Shown here one piece after another: positions 46,171 through 50,261 of a DNA stretch of 50,261 nt. The stretch spans positions 1-50,261 of the forward strand of contig NKIB01013862.1 in NCBI GenBank assembly GCA_002256025.1, in the 5' to 3' direction. Both the position numbers and the translations under genes were made by a program. The DNA comes from Asterionella formosa (Eukaryota). The notes beneath the pieces were generated by a model, which did not search any database, had not been told where the DNA came from, and worked only from the letters and a program-made list of their open reading frames with translations. How positions within the stretch are numbered: position 1 is the first letter of the stretch; each line of letters starts with the position of its first letter.

Positions 46171-47228
46171 GAGTTAATTGCATATTTGCACAAGAGTGCT
46201 GTTGCAATATGCACAATACGTTAATCAAAGGAATTCGTGATTATTTCCGCAATGCGAAGTTTCTAGTAGTCGCGTATATATATACAACTAGTGTATTGTT
46301 GGATGTCTGCATGTACGTCTATAGTAAACTCTAAAATGACCTACTCCATAATTTCAGAAAAAATATATGCCACGACAATTAGTGCATACATGAAACTCGG
46401 TACAAGTATACCTTGAGGTATTTTCTTGCATTTTGCGATGTTGTTCGTGCTCTCTCCGAAATTACTGTCGCTCAAGTTTTCTCGTTGATTTGTACATTAG
46501 ATAGAAATAATTATCTTGTAAAAATTATTAAGCTAGTCATCGCGGACTCAATGATGTCTCGTTTTTGTTCGTATTTTGAAAACTCAGCAAACGACGACGA
46601 AAACATTATTAAAAGAAAAAAATTTCGTATTGAACAATTTTCTCATCTATGATAGGTTAGTAGATATACTCACGAAAAAGCAATTCTTCAATATCAATTT
46701 TCGATGAGAAATTGAGTCCAATAATTTCGTCATGGTCAAATCAGAGTTGCTGCATTGAGATTAACTACCAGTATGTACAAGCATTCTTAGCATGTGACTA
46801 ACATACTGTCCATACATAGAGCTGTGCTGCCCCATCACCAGCATCAGATAGCACCTGTACCAGGTACCAGGGTACCTGGTACCTGGTACTCTAGATAACC
46901 GGTATACTTTAGGGATGACATGCATGCGTTGAGCAGTGTCTTAGCATAGTAACAGCATGTAGGTATGACATCCTAACACCGTGAATGTGTCATGAAACCG
47001 ACTCTAGTATAATGACGATTTCGACAACAGCACAAAAAAATTGTTTAACTCTTTTCGATTTTTTAAGTTAACAAGAAAGTCATTTAAAATTTAGTTGTGC
47101 AATTTTTTTTATCAATGATAGAAACGCTTACTGATTTGCTAAATATTTATTTAAAAAATTATCACGGATGCCCTTGACTAACTCATTGTGCAAACTGCAA
47201 CACTTTTATGCAAATATGATAATGGACC
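46171..47228. mobile_element. Non-autonomous Mutator-like (MULE) element inserted in the Copia remnant
   Basis: 10-bp TSD gtgtttgaaa (46161-46170, 47229-47238); ~75-bp imperfect TIRs (catatttgca.aa.agtg..ttgca.t.tgcacaat..gtta.tcaa.g..at.cgtgat.attt); G...C ends. Removing it rejoins Copia AHEEPVVSN|TNEPRSL. Confidence 0.8.
46857..46889. repeat. Spaced palindrome gtaccaggtaccag-ggtac-ctggtacctggtac
   Basis: 14-bp perfect arms with a 5-bp spacer; lies inside the MULE-like element. Confidence 0.9.
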
Positions 47229-47728
47229 GTGTTTGAAACCACAGGTTCTTCATGTGCTTGGACATATGCGCCAAATGCATATTGGCAATGCCAAGCATAG
47301 TCCAAGTTTTGTTGATGTTGGATCATGCATGGACTGTAAAACGGGGAAATCCCATTCTTTGCCGGAAAGAAATTTATTTTCTTTGCAGATTTGGTACAAT
47401 AATCTTAACCATCAGCCGCGGAAAATTCTTGTAGGTTAATCGGTTATAGCTTGCTGTGCATACTCGTTCCTTAATGATATGATTGTTGCGTTCCACTTCA
47501 GGAACATGTTCTTGTGGGTTGGCATAATTCATAGTAACTTGAAATTCATTGTCAAGTGGATCCATCAAAGAACAAAACTCGTTGTTGCAATTCGTCCTTA
47601 TAATTTTCAAATCCACCAGTGTTGTATACTTGTAATACTTGAGCCAAAGCGTCTTGATAGACGTCTGCCATCTGATTCTTGACCCATTGCGCTGTACTGT
47701 ACATAATGATTTTGGCATTACAATTTGT

Positions 47729-48140
47729 GCCAATTGCCCCTCGGTTTTCCAGCCCTGGAATTGCCAAAATCGGCAAGGGGTCTGCTTAAGGAAATCTCTT
47801 ATATACTCAACAGATTTAATTAAAAATATCTATTATTCACCTCGTTTTTGTTCGTCACCTGAAAAGTGGACTTCGGCAATTCACCTTTCACCATTCCAAT
47901 CATCATCCAGCATCATGCCCAGTCTGAAGCGAAATCAGTTCAGTGATGACGCCATTAGCGATTCGTTGTCTAATAGATGCGGTTGGTTGTTGGATTGCTT
48001 GTCTTCTCGAGGAATTCATGTAGTTGCATCGTCCATATTTCGTCAGACGAACAATGATATCGATCCATCTGATGTTGGTGGCAAGTTTTTTCTCCGGTCA
48101 TGTATGTGAGGAGGATGCTGCATTAACGGATATTCTACCG
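47729..48140. repeat. ~410-bp dispersed repeat, copy 1
   Basis: Collinear with 49652-50056, from gccaattgcccctcggtttt to ttaacggatattctaccg. Confidence 0.85.
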
Positions 48141-49651
48141 GTATTCATCTATTCTACATGTATCGTGGTACTAAAAACAACCATGCATGGTTTAAGCTAA
48201 ACTTTAACGCTTACTTTGAACACGTTATAATATTATCTCTGTAGACTCGGTATTATTTTTACGAGACCAGAATGTTCAATTATATCGGTCACATATTGAT
48301 TGATTTTATGTACCATATGCCCGAGTTTGTCCTCACAATTATAATTCTCACTCTATCCTGCCTGCCGTTGCTCAATTTGAGCTTGCAAAAGGAACTCTCG
48401 ACTTTCTTATGAGTCCATCGTTTGCTGCATGTTATGCTTGTTCGAGCGGATCGGTGAGTACTACAGTCAAACACTGAATGTGATCGCAGATACGATTGAC
48501 GAATTTCTGATTTGATTGCTTCCGTGGTCTGTTTTGATCGTTTCTATTGTTCTTTCTCGTTCCGCGCTGTCGTTTTGATTCGACTATAACTATCTTAAAA
48601 AGGGCCGATGTTCGTATCCTCTTTGAAGATTTATTGTGCCCTGCTTGTTGATCTTATTTTGTTGATTCATATTGTTGTTGACTATGATGTCAATATTGCC
48701 ACCAAGCAATGCTTTTCTTGTACTAATGCGCTTTGCTACCTTTCTACAACGAGTTCGTATCACAAGCTACGTAAAATTACTCTTCTATAGGGAGTTGATA
48801 GTGCTGGATCAGCCAGGCGATCACACTTGCATAGAATGGAATGATCAGGGTTGCTTATTTTTTGGGAGGAATGACTGTAGCGGAAAGACTGCTACTGGTG
48901 TCAGGCTACTACAGCGATGTGAATGGTTGCAGCAACCAGATCATCTATGCTACATAACGATGCAGGTCTAAATTGTTTTCTGCTTTTTTCTTCTTATTTC
49001 GGTCTTTGATTGTGTGGTAATGGAAAGTCAATGTTGCCTGTGTAAGTTCTACAATGTCACAATGCATTTGTCTCCATTGAAACTCCTATTTTTCACCTCA
49101 TTACTAACCCAAAACAATTTTTTCTATATCTTATTTGATGCTACTTATTACATCGCATTTCATACTTGGGTTGCTCCAAACATCATGTTCAATTTTCATT
49201 GATGTTGCATGTTGTTACAATCATTCTCGTGTGTTTTACACTTGTTGTATCATCTCTATGCATATTACCGTTATTCTGGTTATCATGCTAAAATCGGCAA
49301 TTTTATTGCTGAAGGCAATACACGCCCGAGGTGGTCTCATGCCTGCGAGTATACATGTGTTCAAGGCTTAGTGGCATAAGTAGGTTGACCGTACGAGTGG
49401 TGCCGGCAAGTAGCCGCCGAGAAGGGTATTGTTGAGGCAATTCCCGCTCTAGCTATCGTCGCGTCATTCGCTTACCTACTGCCCACAAATTTAGCATAAA
49501 TGTCAATTTTTGCCTACTATTGCCCATCATATATATTATATTTTGGACATTTCCTATCTTCACCTCGAAAATTGCCAAAGGTCCGATATTGCCCATCATA
49601 AAAATATATTTTGTATATTTCACATGTTCGCATTTTGGCAAGACAACAGAC

Positions 49652-50056
49652 GCCAATTGCCCCTCGGTTTTCAAGCCCTGGGATTGCCGAAATCGGCAAT
49701 GGGTCTACTTAAGGAAACCATTTTATATACTATCCAGATTCTAATAATTTATATCTAGAATTCACCTCGTTTTTGTTCGTCTCCTGAAAAGTGGACTCCG
49801 CCAATTCACCTTTCACCATGCCAATCGTCGTCCATCATGACCGGTTTGAAGCGAAATCAGTTCCGCGATGACGCCAGTAGCGATTCTTTGCCTATAGGAT
49901 GCGGTTGATTGTTGGATTGCTTGTCTTCTCGAGGTATTCATGTAGTCGCATCGTCCATATTTCGTCGGACGAACGATGATATCGACACATCTGATGTTGG
50001 CGGCAAGTTTTTGCTCCGGTCATGTATGTAATGATGCTTAACGGATATTCTACCGT
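49652..50056. repeat. ~410-bp dispersed repeat, copy 2
   Basis: Diverged direct repeat of 47729-48140. Confidence 0.85.
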
Positions 50057-50261
50057 AATTGGTAAAATTAAACCCAAGTTGTATTTTCCCATCGGCCTCT
50101 GGTATGTGTCTACTGGGTCATTTTAATACTGGCGCGGTATTGATCTGAAAATACTAGTGGAAGCACCGTGTTACAACAGTATTTGCCAGTAGAAAAATTA
50201 AACCCGGTTTAACTGGGGGTTTAATTTTTTGGTTTAATTAAACCATAACTGTACGCACGAT

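Larger units (their letters stand above)
44070..47690 (-). mobile_element. Second, heavily decayed Copia remnant of a different lineage (IN-RT-RH)
   Basis: Integrase NEF..MNYANPQEHVPEVERNNHIIKERV and HCQYAFGAYVQAHEE; RT FLVEKRDKSIQGR, KALYGMLLSSLL, HVGDLKASH, HGNKHDYLAMTLDYS; RNase H KQKVNTRSSTEAELVGIDD. Confidence 0.88.

Overview
Eukaryotic nuclear DNA, most likely a diatom (inferred from tandem helicase-associated-domain protein, bipartite plastid-type leaders, short GT-AG introns and the Copia/Gypsy types present). Nine host genes are supported: URB2/Npa2, a Tmm-like flavin monooxygenase, an ankyrin-type protein, two convergent paralogous SAM methyltransferases, a TPR-prefoldin-1 fusion, an HA-domain protein, UTP18 and RPS25. 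About half of the window is decayed or nested mobile DNA: a TIR family with CATCTAAGCCGCG ends (three partial or complete copies, one carrying a tyrosine-recombinase retrotransposon fragment), a near-full-length dead Copia, an internally deleted Gypsy, a second Copia remnant split by a MULE-like element, two copies of a ~95-bp MITE, a probable Harbinger transposase relic, and two copies of a tRNA-derived SINE with a shared core but different tails. The most notable signals are palindromic (TACCAGG/CCTGGTA)n clusters in non-coding DNA that coincide with both TSD-defined LTR insertion sites, the tail-swapped SINE, and the TPR-prefoldin fusion. All calls are by eye; no searches were run.
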